64,000 nucleotides of DNA from Geosiphon pyriformis uo1 (lineage: Eukaryota > Fungi > Glomeromycota). The stretch spans positions 1,799,924-1,863,923 of the forward strand of contig JAAOMT010000009.1 of NCBI GenBank assembly GCA_016748015.1, given 5' to 3'. The position numbers and the translations under genes were made by a program. The notes under the pieces are model-generated. The model saw only the letters and a list, made by a program, of their open reading frames with translations. It ran no database searches and had not been told where the DNA came from. Shown piece by piece: positions 13,101-25,353 of this stretch; positions within the stretch are counted from its first letter, which is position 1; every line of letters begins with the position of its first letter.

Positions 13101-16100
13101 GAGACATGGTTTATTGTTCTACTTGTCTTGGCACTTTGGATATCCATAGCATTTGTGATAGCATGGTTTACAGTAATAATGTGTTTGCATCCAGTAGTCT
13201 TTATCTGGCACAATTCATGCTCCCATGGAAGAGAGTTTTTTTCTACAGTCTTTGTATTTAAGTGGAATAAATGATGGCTGTAGTAGCGGCTAGCAAATGG
13301 AGTATGAGCTTGTTCATCCTTTGGTTGTGTCTTCTGTGAGTTTGATTTCTCCAGGTATGTTTTTTTCTTTTTCTTTTTCTTTTTCTTTTTTCTCCCAGCT
13401 TATTGTTGGTAGCAATTCACTTTGGCTGTTGTTGGTCCAAGCATCAATGGTGGTTCTCCAAGTATGTTCTTCTCTTTGTTTTCCTTTTTCATTGTTGTTG
13501 TCATCCTAGAGGAATATTGGTGGTAGTTTATTGTGGTCATTGTCAGCCCACGAGACTTGATAGGCTTCCCAGGTAGGTTTTTTCTCTTCTTTTTCAAATT
13601 CAATGAGTGGTGCTGGTGTGTTGATAGTCTTAAAGTGATCACACATGACTGGTACACATGTATGTTGACCATTTTGGCTGAGTTGGAGCTCTTGCATTGT
13701 CCAATCAAGTATGGCATTTATTTTAGTGAGCCAGCCATTACTAACTAGTGCTTGGTATTGAGTGGCTTCTATTACCAAAACTTTGATAGGAACTATGATG
13801 CTGTTGACTTCAAAAGAGAAGTTGTCAATCTTGCCAATAAGAGTTTTGGTTGCTCCATCAGCTGTGATGATCCTTGTGTTGACAGCTCTGTCAACTCAGT
13901 GACCTAATTGATCCATGAGTTGTTTGGTGATAATGCTGCCAGCTGATCCACTATCCAGGATTAGTTTGATATACTGATCATTGACTTTGGCATCAGTATA
14001 CATTGTGGTTATTGGTTTGGTGTCTAGAATGGCTCTATTGAATAATGGAACTAATGTGATTTCCTTAAGTTCAAATGGGAATATGGCAGCAAGTGATTTG
14101 TCTTTAGTGCTGGTGGCTGGTAGAATGTTGTGGGTAAGTGACTTCTGGTTGGTTTCCTATTTGCTAGATGCAGCATCTTTTGAGGTAATTAGAAAACTTA
14201 AGTAGTTCTGAGAACTCGGGTTTTGGTTATACCCAGTTCCTGAACTCCACTGGCGTGATCCTAATAGTTGATTTGATGAACTGGGGATTGGTTAGTGAAC
14301 CACTATCACTAATCTCCAGTTTTAAGTTACTCTGGATCTGGAGTTTCCAGATGTTATTATAGATGGGTTTTGGGACAGTGTTTGAATTGATTGTTGTGGT
14401 TGATAGACTATTTGTGACTGTGGTTGATATATTACAGGTGGCTGCAGTTGATATATTTAAGATTAATATACCAGTGTTTGATAAATTGGCATTATTGGTA
14501 GATAAGTGGATTGATATTGATTTTGATTCAAATAATAATTTGGAGTAGGGAACTGGCGATCGGGATTCTGATATTGATTTCCCAATCATAGATTACTATA
14601 AACACAGCAATTGGCTCTAATGTAACCTTGTTTACTACAGTTGTGGCAGATCCACGTTTTTTGTTGCCATGGCTGATTTGTTGATGATGATGAATGTGAC
14701 TGATTTTGGAAACGATTTGCATTTCCCTGATTATTACGTTATTGAGAAGGCTGATAAATTGGGTGATTGTCAGCTAAGTATCCCTTTAGTTTCTGATTAA
14801 TAGAATCACTGAATTGTTTCAGTTTAGAATCCAAGTTAGATGATCCATTCATTACTAAATTTACAGCTTGGGCATAGTTGGCTTCTAACTCAACAGCTTC
14901 AAAATCTCTAGCATGAGTGACTGTAGTAGGAAGGTCTACCAGATACATTGAATGTACTTGTTGGAGAATGCTGCTGCGTAAGCCTCTAATGAACTGATTT
15001 AAAATTTGTAGTGCTATAAAGTAATCAGCTTGGATAACTTAAATTTGGCACAGATTTCTGTGAAAGCATCTCAAGTAAGTAGTGACTGCTTCTGTGTCCC
15101 TTTGTTTTAGGGTGGTGAAAGTACTTGCCAGGCGGTTGATGCTGTTATTATCATTGAAATATCTTAAGAATTCTATTTTAAATGCATTAAAATTTTGGGG
15201 TTTCTGGGCCAAGCTATGATACCATGAGTTGGCAGTATCTTTTAGGAAATATGGGATAATTTGCATTGTTCTTGCATTATCTCAATTATTTGCAGTGATG
15301 ACTTTGGTGATGTCATTGATCCATGTCTGGGCATTGTCCTCTTCACTGGTAAACTTCTCAAGTTTTGCAATTGGTGTCAAAGCCATTGGTACAATCAGTT
15401 GCTGTTGTTGTATTGATGGTTGAAGCTGTTGTTGTGGTTGCTAAACCAGTTGCTAGATAAGTTGTTATAGTGGTGGCTGATCGATGATAATATTTGGAGG
15501 TAAGTTTTGTTGATTAATTAAGTTGGGATTTCGGTTGTTCTAATTTGGCAGAGTTTTGATTTCTGGATTTTCTAGATTTCGATCTTGCTGAGTCTGAAAA
15601 TTCAGGGTCCCAATATCTGGGTTCTTAGTAATTGGGTTCTGGTAAGTGAATTTTTGATCTTCAGATTCTTTTTTCTCTTCTTCTTCTTGTTCTTTTTCTG
15701 ATTCAGTTGGTTCTCATGGATCAGTAATTTCGAAATCTGGTTGAAGTGGTAGTAATTGAACTCTTAATGGCATTGGTAATCTTGATTTAAATCCCTCGAA
15801 GTATGCACCATATGGTCCTAATAGATCTTCTTTCCTTTGTTTACTTTGGAATGAAAATTGTCCAAATGTTGATGTCATGTTTGATATAGACATGCCTGCT
15901 AATGCGATATTGATGGCACTTTCAGGAGTATAATAATATGATGAATTTGTAGGTGATTCAATTCTGTGTTTTTTCCAAGTAGGTGGTTGGATCTGTTGAG
16001 GTGTTACTGCTGGTGTTTGTAATTTTCCTTTGCCTTTACTGGCATAAGTAATTGGGTATCTTTGTTGTGTGTGATGTTTAATTTTTTTATTAATCTCAGT

Positions 16101-16352
16101 AATGATGGATGTGAAATTATAATTTGTTGGTAAGCTGGTGTTTTGGATTAATTCATGGTAAAAAGTTTCTCTTGCTGATTTAGTGTTTACTGGTGTTCCT
16201 AACAAATAGGCAATTTTTTCATTGACATAGAAATTAAAGACTGATTCTGCTGATATTTGATTGTGGTTCAATTTCAAGTATTGACAGTAGTGTTGAAATA
16301 AGAATTTTACAAGTCCTAAATGGTTTGCTCCTATACTTTCTGATTCTGCCAC
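10131..16352 (-). pseudogene. Gag-PR-Cys-rich-dUTPase-RT-RNase H polyprotein of element A
   Basis: Gag PYFLKDTANSWY; zinc knuckle CHNCSKQG(H/Y); protease LILDSGSAGSII; dUTPase RSS and RGIQGFGST; RT YLDN (from YLDD); RH TDASG and YTDHKGL; many stops. Confidence 0.9.
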
Positions 16353-16393
16353 TGTTAATTTATTTGTTGGTGCTGGTTCTCTGTAGGATTATA

Positions 16394-16410
16394 CCTCACA
16401 GAGAGCACCA
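16394..16410 (-). promoter_or_regulatory. Primer binding site of element A (TGGTGCTCTCTGTGAGG)
   Basis: 2 nt inside the 5' LTR boundary; complement CCTCACAGAGAGCACCA looks like a tRNA 3' end (elongator Met or Ile-type; identity not established). Confidence 0.8.
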
Positions 16411-16412
16411 AA

Positions 16413-17286
16413 TGTTACAGGTAATTATTTGGTTGTTGGAGTAAATAACAAACCCATAACTTGGTGTTCAAGACTGTTGTCGATGATAAAAATCTGAAGG
16501 TGTGTTTATCTGAAGATTTTGGTTGAGTCTTTTGTATAATGGACAGAGATTCAGTGGTAATAGTTTTATTTGTAGCTTCCCGAAACTGCAGTTTCATCAA
16601 TTTTTTTCTCAGCATGATGGCCAGTGTTTTTCCTGGTAAGCTAATCTCAATTGAGTGTTCTACTCTTATTTCTGGGTCTTTTATCAGTACTATATCCTGA
16701 TATCAGTACTCCACGCATTAATCCTCAATAGAGTTAGTAATAACAACAATTAAGACCAGAACATAAAAGAAATAACATAAAGAAATAAGCCAAGACAATG
16801 AACAAGTTAGTATCCCATCAATAGCTGTGATCAAGAGCTATTGGTCCAGTGTGGTTAAGTATTAATAACTATCAATCTGAAGTGTTGATAGTAGAAAGTG
16901 GATTTGGATGGTGAATAATTTATTTATTTATTATATGTGAATAAAAAATTTCTAACTTTTGTATTCTTTTTTTTCTTTCTATTTCTAATGCTACTGCTAT
17001 ATATACATAATTGATGTTCTATGAGATCACTCACATTCCTGAGTGATGTGCTATGATTTTTTGAGCAATGTTTACATTGCTAAGCAATGTGCTCTAATTT
17101 TCTAATATCACTCCACATTGCTGAGCAATATGTCATGTTTTTCTAATATTGCTCCACATTGTTGAGCAATGTACTATGATTTCTGACATTACTCCACATT
17201 GCTAAGCAATGTGCCTATGTGCTAAATACTATTTTCCTGTTGGTCTGCTATTTTCTATATCTGTTTTCTTTTTTTTATAAGTAACA
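16413..17286 (-). repeat. 5' LTR of element A (874 bp; five 40-41-bp palindrome-core units at about 17032-17220)
   Basis: Direct repeat of 7186-8018 with one extra 41-bp unit. Confidence 0.92.
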
Positions 17287-17671
17287 ATGTTTTGGCAATA
17301 AGTAAATTAATGTTTAAAATATGCTTTAATCTTGTATTAATAGAGATATTTGTATACAATTTTAATATTAGAATTTTTTGTTTGTTTTTATATAATAAGT
17401 AAATTGATAAAAATTTGCCAAAAATTTTAAAACTTTAAAAACATGTTTTATTAAACTACTGTTTATTATTATTGTAATTTTAATGCCCAAAAAATCTGTA
17501 TTTAAATCAAAAATAAACATTTTTATACTATTAAACTTATTAATAATCCAAAATTTAATACTAAAATAAAGCTTAGTTTTTATAATAATTAAAATATTAT
17601 TATTTAATTTTCTATGTCATCTAATAATATTCTGTTTAGCAAAAATATTTATATTTTAATATTACAATAAC

Positions 17672-19978
17672 AGTTTGATTAAGATTAAAAAAAAAACTCT
17701 TTGTTTCCTTAATTTTATGACTACAACCAAAGCAAAGAGTAAAAAAGCTACACTTGATATCTGTTCTGAGATATCTAATAAAATTTCAACCAGAGAAGCT
17801 CTCTTTGTTATAGAAGCAACTAGGCAAAACGTTTTAGAAGCCTTTCTTTTACCCAGTAATCATGAAAAGCTGCCTTTGGTAGCCGCTAAATCAACTTCCT
17901 TATTTTTGGCTGGTCTTTTATCAGTTAAAGTTCTCTCAAAGAGACACACTTGGGTTAGTCCCAGTGTTGTCTCTACCCCTTCAAAAAGCCCAAAAATTTT
18001 TAATAATAGACCAGTTAACAAACTGGTATTTCCCTCTATAGCTTCAACATCTGGTGTTGTTAGCATTTCTTCTTCAAAAAAAATGTTCAAAAAGACCAAA
18101 AGTTCAGAAAAGTAGAAGCAGTTGCTTGCCTCTGCTATTGTTACACCAAACCCCTTTGTGGTTCTCAATGAGATCTTAGATGAGATCTTTGTAGTATCAT
18201 CTGGCATATCATCCAAAATGGGCCAAGATTAACCACTGGCTGTGTTGCCAAATGTGGTGTTTTCTGGCAGATCTTTACTGGTTTTAGAAGCAAAGCAATC
18301 TCCTCTTGTTGAGTCACCTGTTCTTAAGAACTGGGCTGATCAAATGGAAACTGAATCATCTCCTTTTCTAGTTTCTGGTGCTACTTCTGGTGGTGCTTGG
18401 GAAACTATTACTAGTCATCAAAGGTTTGCTGAGTGGATGGTCTCCACTCTGGTGTCTAATGCTACTTTTAAGATCAAATTGGCTCATGTTAAGACTGTTT
18501 TTCAGTCTGTACATGGTTTTTTAGGTGCTAAATCTGTTTCAAAAGACAATGTAAAGCTTTTTTGTATAGAGTTTGCTTCTCAACAGTCTTTGGAAGCTGC
18601 ATTTCTGGTTGAGCTTACAAGCTCTGTTTGTTTGGCCACTTTTAAAATTGCCAAGTCTTTGGTGGTTTCTGAATCTGGTTCTTCTCTTGCCACTGTTGTG
18701 CTGCATAATGTACTCTTGGGTGTGTCAGCTGCTGATATTAAGATGGCTCTTAGTGTATTTGGTAAAGTTGCCCATGTTGTACTAAAGTCTGCTAATATTT
18801 GGCAGTATGTGGTTGTTTACTTTAAGGAATTGGATACTGCTACTGCTGTTCTCAATTATTGGTCAATTCTGATGGACAAAGATAATATTAGGATCCTTTT
18901 AGTTATTAATTAGAATGAGGCCATTCTGTTTCATGATAGGTTCAAGGCCAAGTTGGTCAATCTTCTTTCTGGCTGCACAGCTTTTGAAATTAGTAATATG
19001 ATTTCTCGAGTTGGTGGGCGGACGTGCTTCATCCCTTGGTTTCATGATTCTGGTTATTGTTCCCAGTTTGCTTTAGTTATATTTGACTCTCAAAACAATT
19101 TGGATTTTGCTGTAGTCAAGACTAGTACTTTAAGGAAATACCATATCTGGTGGGAAACTTCTGACTGCCAGCGCTGCTTTAGGTGTCAAGAAGTAGGCCA
19201 TCTGGCTGCGGATTGCAAGGTTTCCTCATCTCCCATTCCCAAAGTTCCCAAGGTTTTCAAGTCTCATTTTGTGGATTCTGCTTCATATGCCAAGACTGCT
19301 GCTCCTTTTGGTCTTTCTGAGTTTCCTTCTTTGGTGGCTCTTTTGGCTGCTTCTGCTGCTGATCCTGCTGTTGGTTTTAGATTTGACTTTTTGGAAAAGC
19401 AGATTTCGGATTTGGCTGCTCTGGTTAAGTTTATTGTTGAGCTTGTTGGTTCTTTGGTTGCTTTGGTGTCTCGTCTTCTTGATGATAATACTGTTAAGAC
19501 TGTTTAGATTGAGAAAGATATCATTTCTATGAAGAGTGCTGCTAACAATTTTGCTAACCTTATAATTGAAGTTTCTAAGGACATTGCTTGTCTTAGATCT
19601 GAGGTTGACTTTGGTGGTATAGATTATAATGGTATGTTGGCTGCTAAGCTTTTCTTTTTAAGTGAGGACACTATTGAGCATGTTATTGCTTTGTAGCAAA
19701 TGTCTAGTGCTGAGAGTAGAAGCAATATTAAGTCTACTAGATTGTTTTTTAGCAAGTTTATTTTTGACTCTAGGAATCTGAATGGTATTATTGAGAGAAT
19801 TCATGGGTTGGGGTTATTCTCACCTACTTTTGATTCAGTGTAGTGAGTCCTTGATTGGGCCAAATGTCTGATTATGTGTAGAAAATACATAATTTACACT
19901 TATAATGTAATTTCTTCTGTAATATCATAGTTTTAGGTAATGTTTGGGTCTTGCTCGTTAAAAAAAAAAAAAAAAAAA
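17672..19978 (+). mobile_element. ORF1-only (HAL1-like) non-autonomous non-LTR retroelement with poly(A) tail
   Basis: One reading frame 17717-19843 (709 codons, only nonsense lesions) with RRM-like repeats, CFRCQEVGHLAADC zinc knuckle and C-terminal heptads; no EN or RT; ~115-nt 3' UTR homologous to the LINE tail; A-tract 19960-19978; possible TSD ACAATAAC (17664-17671 and 19978-19985). Confidence 0.8.
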
Positions 19979-22900
19979 CAATAACTATTTTTTAGATTAA
20001 GTTACTTATTAAAAATAGAAAAAAATACTATATTACTGCTTAAACAGAATAAATTTATTTTTTTATGATTGTTTTAATTAATTTATCTAAGATTAATATG
20101 TTGGTTTCAAAACCAAAAATTTTAAAAATTAGTATTTTTAAGCTATAAATAGTTCTTAAGAATTTTTTACTACAACAGACATAACTTAATAAATTAGTAA
20201 TATTTTATTAACAACTATATTCAAAACAGAATTATTTACAAATAAAAAAAGACCAATATTATTATTTTTTTTTTATAAAAGCATCTTTTTTGTACTTGAT
20301 AAATAAGAAAAAAAATCCAATTTGTAAGAAATTTTAGTAATTTAGTTAGCAAAAAGTACCAAAAAATATTTCAAAATATCCAAATAAAAATTTAGAATTA
20401 AAATTATAATACAATTATTTAAAACATTAGAATTACTATTTAATATTAAAAACTATAAAAAAAACATAAAGTAAAATAGAATTTATATTATTAATTATTG
20501 ATATCTAAGTTTTACCACCAAAAACGATTAGACAAAAAATTTAAACTTGTTTTTATATATATATATATATATATGTAAGATATTATTTGTCAAAATTAGA
20601 AAATTTTTTTTTATTATGATTAAACACTTTTTTTTTAAGTATATAATTACTTAAAACATAATTATAAGCAATATACAAAAATAATATTAGATTAATTTAA
20701 CACAAGTTTATGTTTCTAAAAACTGAAATTAAATAAATAACAATATTTTTAAAAATAACTAATTCAATATACATTATAATATAATAAATTTATATATAAA
20801 TAATTAAATTATATACTATAATATATGTTTTTTATTATATAATATAAGTAAATCTAACAGATTATAAGCAGTAATACTAGTTAAAAATATGTAAAAAAAG
20901 CATAATACTGGTTTCTAAAGTTTTATGTTTATTTTTTATAGTAATTTTGGCTATTTACACAGAATTTTTATTTAACTAGTATTTTTTGTTATAAATTAAT
21001 AAATTGTATTTTAATTGTTTTTATCTTATTAAACTTAACTAGTATTAATTTCAATGCTAATTTAGAAAAATTAATTAAGATATCTTTAATAATTACATTT
21101 AAATCAAACTTAATATTAATTTATTTTAAATTAGTATTTACTAAAAATTTTTTACAATAGTTAAATTTTTAATCAAATTAAAACTAAATTTAAAAATAAA
21201 TGTTAATTAAATAATTTTATGAAATTTTAAAAAAAATAAAGTTTCTTTAAAACTGTTTACTTAATAAAACAATTTTTTTATAATCTTTAATTTATCATTT
21301 AAATTTTACTTAAAAACATTAATATCTAAAACAAAAAATTTTATTAAACCAAAAACTTTTATTTTTTTAACTGAAAAAGTATCTTAAATATTTCTAATAA
21401 TAAAAACTGGTAAAAATAAATCTAAAATTTTGTTATTATTTATATTATTGACAATAAAAAAATATAGTATACTTATTATATTATAAGTTATTATGTAAGT
21501 TTTGTATAATATCTTATTATTTGTATTATTAATATTATTACTTTTTATGTTATTTAAATTAAAATATCTAATTTTTTTCACAATTAAAATATTTAAATAT
21601 CCAATATTTAAAATTCTACTAATGTTATCTATCTTATTTTCTACAAACTGTTATTAGAAATGTTTAAAATATTAAGAGCCATAAAACCAATAAATATCTT
21701 AACTATAATAGTAAAAACATTGAATTTTTTTGTTTTTTTGTCTGTATTTTTGTAAACAAACATTAACAAAAACTGATTTTTTTTAATATTAAAATAAGTA
21801 TTGTACCAGTTTTTTTTTTTTTTTATTATGCATTTAATGAGTGAAATCCAATCACTATCTAGTACAAAGAACCAAACTAAGAGGCTCAAACTAAACATGA
21901 CTCATGTACTTCTTACATGTGGCTAGCCATTCAAGCCAGACAAAGTGACACTATACACTTATATTAACCAATACATCACCACCCAGACCAGAAAAAAAAC
22001 TACATGGCCTCTGATGACCAAAGCTAACAGCAAAAGACTCAGCCAGACCAAGCAACCTATCAACCCCATCAGACAAAACCGAAAACACACCACGAAAAAG
22101 CCCAGAAATAATACCACCATCATAAACCAAACCAGCCTTTTCTATCTTTACCCAGTAACTAAATCTCACCAACTACACTTTAGCATGATGCAATTCCACA
22201 ACAAATCTTACAAAGTTAGCAATCCGAGCAACAGCCACCTCCTTATCATTGAAAACACAACAAGCCTCCTTATACCACTCATCCAGCACAAACTCTTTGC
22301 AAACCAAAGCATATAGCTCCACATCGATAAAACATTGAGATAAAACCTGTAGCATGGCAGATGCAGAAGAGCCAGAAATACTGGCCAAAACAGACTAATA
22401 GGCAGAAAGTTCAGCCAAAATCTCACCATAAATGTCAGACTCATAAACACAAGTAAAAGAATGGTCGGAGAACTCTACACCACCACACAACAAACACAAC
22501 ACACCAGGGTAGTGTCTGTCATACAACCTCTTTCTAACTGTTACTGGCAATTTTCTGTGTACAGCTTTCATAAGATAAGTATGAAGCATTGAGGACTTAT
22601 GACTAGTGAAACCAGTGAGCATATGAGAATCAGGATGCTACACCAATGCAGTAACAACCCAGTTTATGCAAACAATTATCACATCTGAAACCACATCAAA
22701 ACCAGGACCAGCTTTCCAATGAGCACAGCAAACAGAGTGAAAAATATCCCTAACAAAATGACAAGCATTACTGGAGACAGAAGTATCTTCAACAACCAGA
22801 AAATGTTCACGCACACCAGCCAACAGAGAAAAGGGAGACCCAGAAGCAGTCCCAGCAGCCAAGTCAGCCTTCACATTTCCAGAAATCCCAGAATGACCCT

Positions 22901-24426
22901 TCACCTTAACCCAACTCATACTAAAATCTTTATCCTTGACCAAATTGAAAATATGATGTCTTTCTAGCCAGCATTAATTACGGAAATTGGGGGCAGCCAA
23001 AGACAGCTTAGACACACAAGCATTAATGGCAGCCTGGCTGTCAAGATGCAACACTACAGTACTTAAAAAAAGAACACACTCCAAAGACAAAGCAACAGCC
23101 TGTAATTTGGTCATAGTTGATAACAAAAGACCCCAAACAGCAACACCAATACTCAGATACATGGCCGGAAAGTAGGCAGCAGCACCACTGGTAACCTCAG
23201 TAGAACCAAAATTTTTTAAAGACCCATTTGTAAAAATCTCAAAAAAACCCAACCATACATCGTGTAATTTATTCTTCACAGCAGAAAACTCCCCAGACCC
23301 CAAAATGTTCAACTTATGCAGCACAGCAGAGCCAGCAAAACCAGATAATGAAAACTCTTACTCTTCAAAAACTCAGAAAAAACTGTGAACCAACAAAGTA
23401 CAAGACCATGTAGATCCAACCTTTTCCAATGGTGAAATGTCTTTCAATCCATCAAACCACACTTTTTATCAAAAAACCAATCTCCAAAAGTAACAACAAA
23501 GTGCCTAAGTAAGATGACTGAGTCAAAATACAAAGACTTCCTGAGAACAGAGGATAAAAAAAAGCGACCAGGACTACGAAACGCAGTAGAGAAATTGTTC
23601 ATCAAAGATAGCTTATTGTCCAAAAAAATTCTCACCAACCCAGCCAAAAAATTGTTCACCAGACTAATGCACAACCTGATAGAAAACTGCAGAGAATCTA
23701 AAAAAGCCCAACTAAGAACCTGCAAATCCAAGAATCTATGACTAAACAAACACCTGAGAATACCAAAAGCATTGAAAAACATTATCAAAACAGCCACCTT
23801 TTCTTCAGATTGCACCTGTTCAAAAGGTTTCAGGCCATACAATGATGGATGATGCAAAACAGCATCAGGAAAATTATTGGGAAGACAAGTTTTAGATCTG
23901 AGATCCTTCCTAACCAAGACATCTCACTTGTGACAAACATTAGAAAAGACAAAACTGAACTGAATGCAATAACTAACAATAGGCTGCAAGACAGCCGAAA
24001 CCAAATACGAGAATTGTTTGTTTGTAACAGCTTTTCTAAGCACAACATTGACAAAAAAACACACATTTACATGAGCTTTGGCAACACTTAGCTTGAACAA
24101 CTCCTTAGTTGACAAAAAAATACCCAAATAATAATAAGTCTTGCCCTTCTTAGCAATCAAAATTGGCTGACCACAAATACTCAGTGAAGCAACCTTAACA
24201 CCCTGATTTATGAGAATAGCCACCATCTTCTCACTGTTGATAGAAATATTGTTGATCACAAAAAACTTGCTGGCAATGTTCAATGCATATTGAGTAGAAG
24301 CCTGACAATTCCCAACTCAGATTGTATCATCAACAAACATGTCAGCTGAAAAGTACAAAGTCAAACCACCACCACTCTCAATCCTATCAGTCTTCAAAAC
24401 AAACTTAGTATCAATCTAGTACTCAC

Positions 24427-25291
24427 TGTTACTCATAGAAATATAGGAAATATATTAGCATAGTTATTAGCCAATCAGAAGTAGACATAGTAAATGTGAA
24501 ATTCCAGAATTCCTCTCAGGAATTGCAAGATTTCAGGAATTACAGGATTCTCACATGAGGAATTATAGAATTCCAGAATTCCAGGATTCCTCTCAAAAGA
24601 ATTGCAGGATTCCAGGAATTCCAGAATTCCTGTTGTGAAGAATTGAGAAATTAAGAAATCTCAATTATGTATATATAGCAAGAGTGTTAGAAGTAGAAAA
24701 AACAGATCTTGTAGTTTAGATTTAATCTAAACAATCTTCCAAATTACAATTATCAAATAAATAAACTATTTGTTATCTCAAATCCACCTTCACTATCAAC
24801 ACTTCATGTTGATAGTCTTTGATACTTAACCATACTGAAACAATAGCTTTTGATTACAGCTATTGACAAGATACTAACTTGCAATTGTATTCAGCCAAAA
24901 TTCCATTTTCTTTTATTTTTCTTTTATTTCTTTTATTTTTTCTGTTTCATTTGATTTTATTGTTGTGCACTAATTGATTGAATAAAGCGCTAGATTACTG
25001 ATGTCAAGGATTGCTTGGTAAAAGACCTCTATGAGAGGATAAGACACATACAATAGATATGGAATACTTACCAGAGGATTGCTGGCCACCAAGCCAAGAG
25101 AAAAATTGATGAAACTGCAGTTTCAGAAAGCTATGGATAAAACCATTATTTGGATCTCTGTTCATTATACAAAAAACTCCAACAAAACCTTCAGATACAA
25201 AATCTTCAGATTATCAACAACACCAATAGCTTTGAGCACCAAGTTACAAGTTTGTTATTTGACTTGAGACTCTAAATAATCACCTATAACA
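24427..25291 (+). repeat. 5' LTR of element B (865 bp; GGAATTCC/GGATTCC-rich tandem array in U3)
   Basis: Direct repeat of 33740-34564, with about 40 bp more array. Confidence 0.92.
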
Positions 25292-25353
25292 TTTGATGCT
25301 CTCTGTGAGGTATAATTCTACAGAGAACCAGCACCAACAGCAATCATCCAAAA

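Larger units (their letters stand above)
7186..17286 (-). mobile_element. Full-length Ty3/Gypsy LTR retrotransposon A (inactivated)
   Basis: Paired TG..CA-type LTRs 7186-8018 and 16413-17286; 4-bp TSD ATGT (7182-7185 and 17287-17290); PBS; PPT; domain order gag-PR-dUTPase-RT-RH-IN. Confidence 0.95.

Noticed and set aside
12717-14548. Antisense ORFs over Gypsy and LINE coding regions
   Set aside because: Shadow frames of the strand-biased sense ORFs; no independent motifs.
17032-17220. CRISPR-like array of spaced palindromes
   Set aside because: Inter-palindrome segments resemble each other, the array is duplicated in both LTRs, the context is eukaryotic and there are no cas genes.
24500-24635. 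Heat-shock elements in the element B U3 array
   Set aside because: Only two-unit TTCnnGAA matches; no clean run of three alternating nGAAn units.
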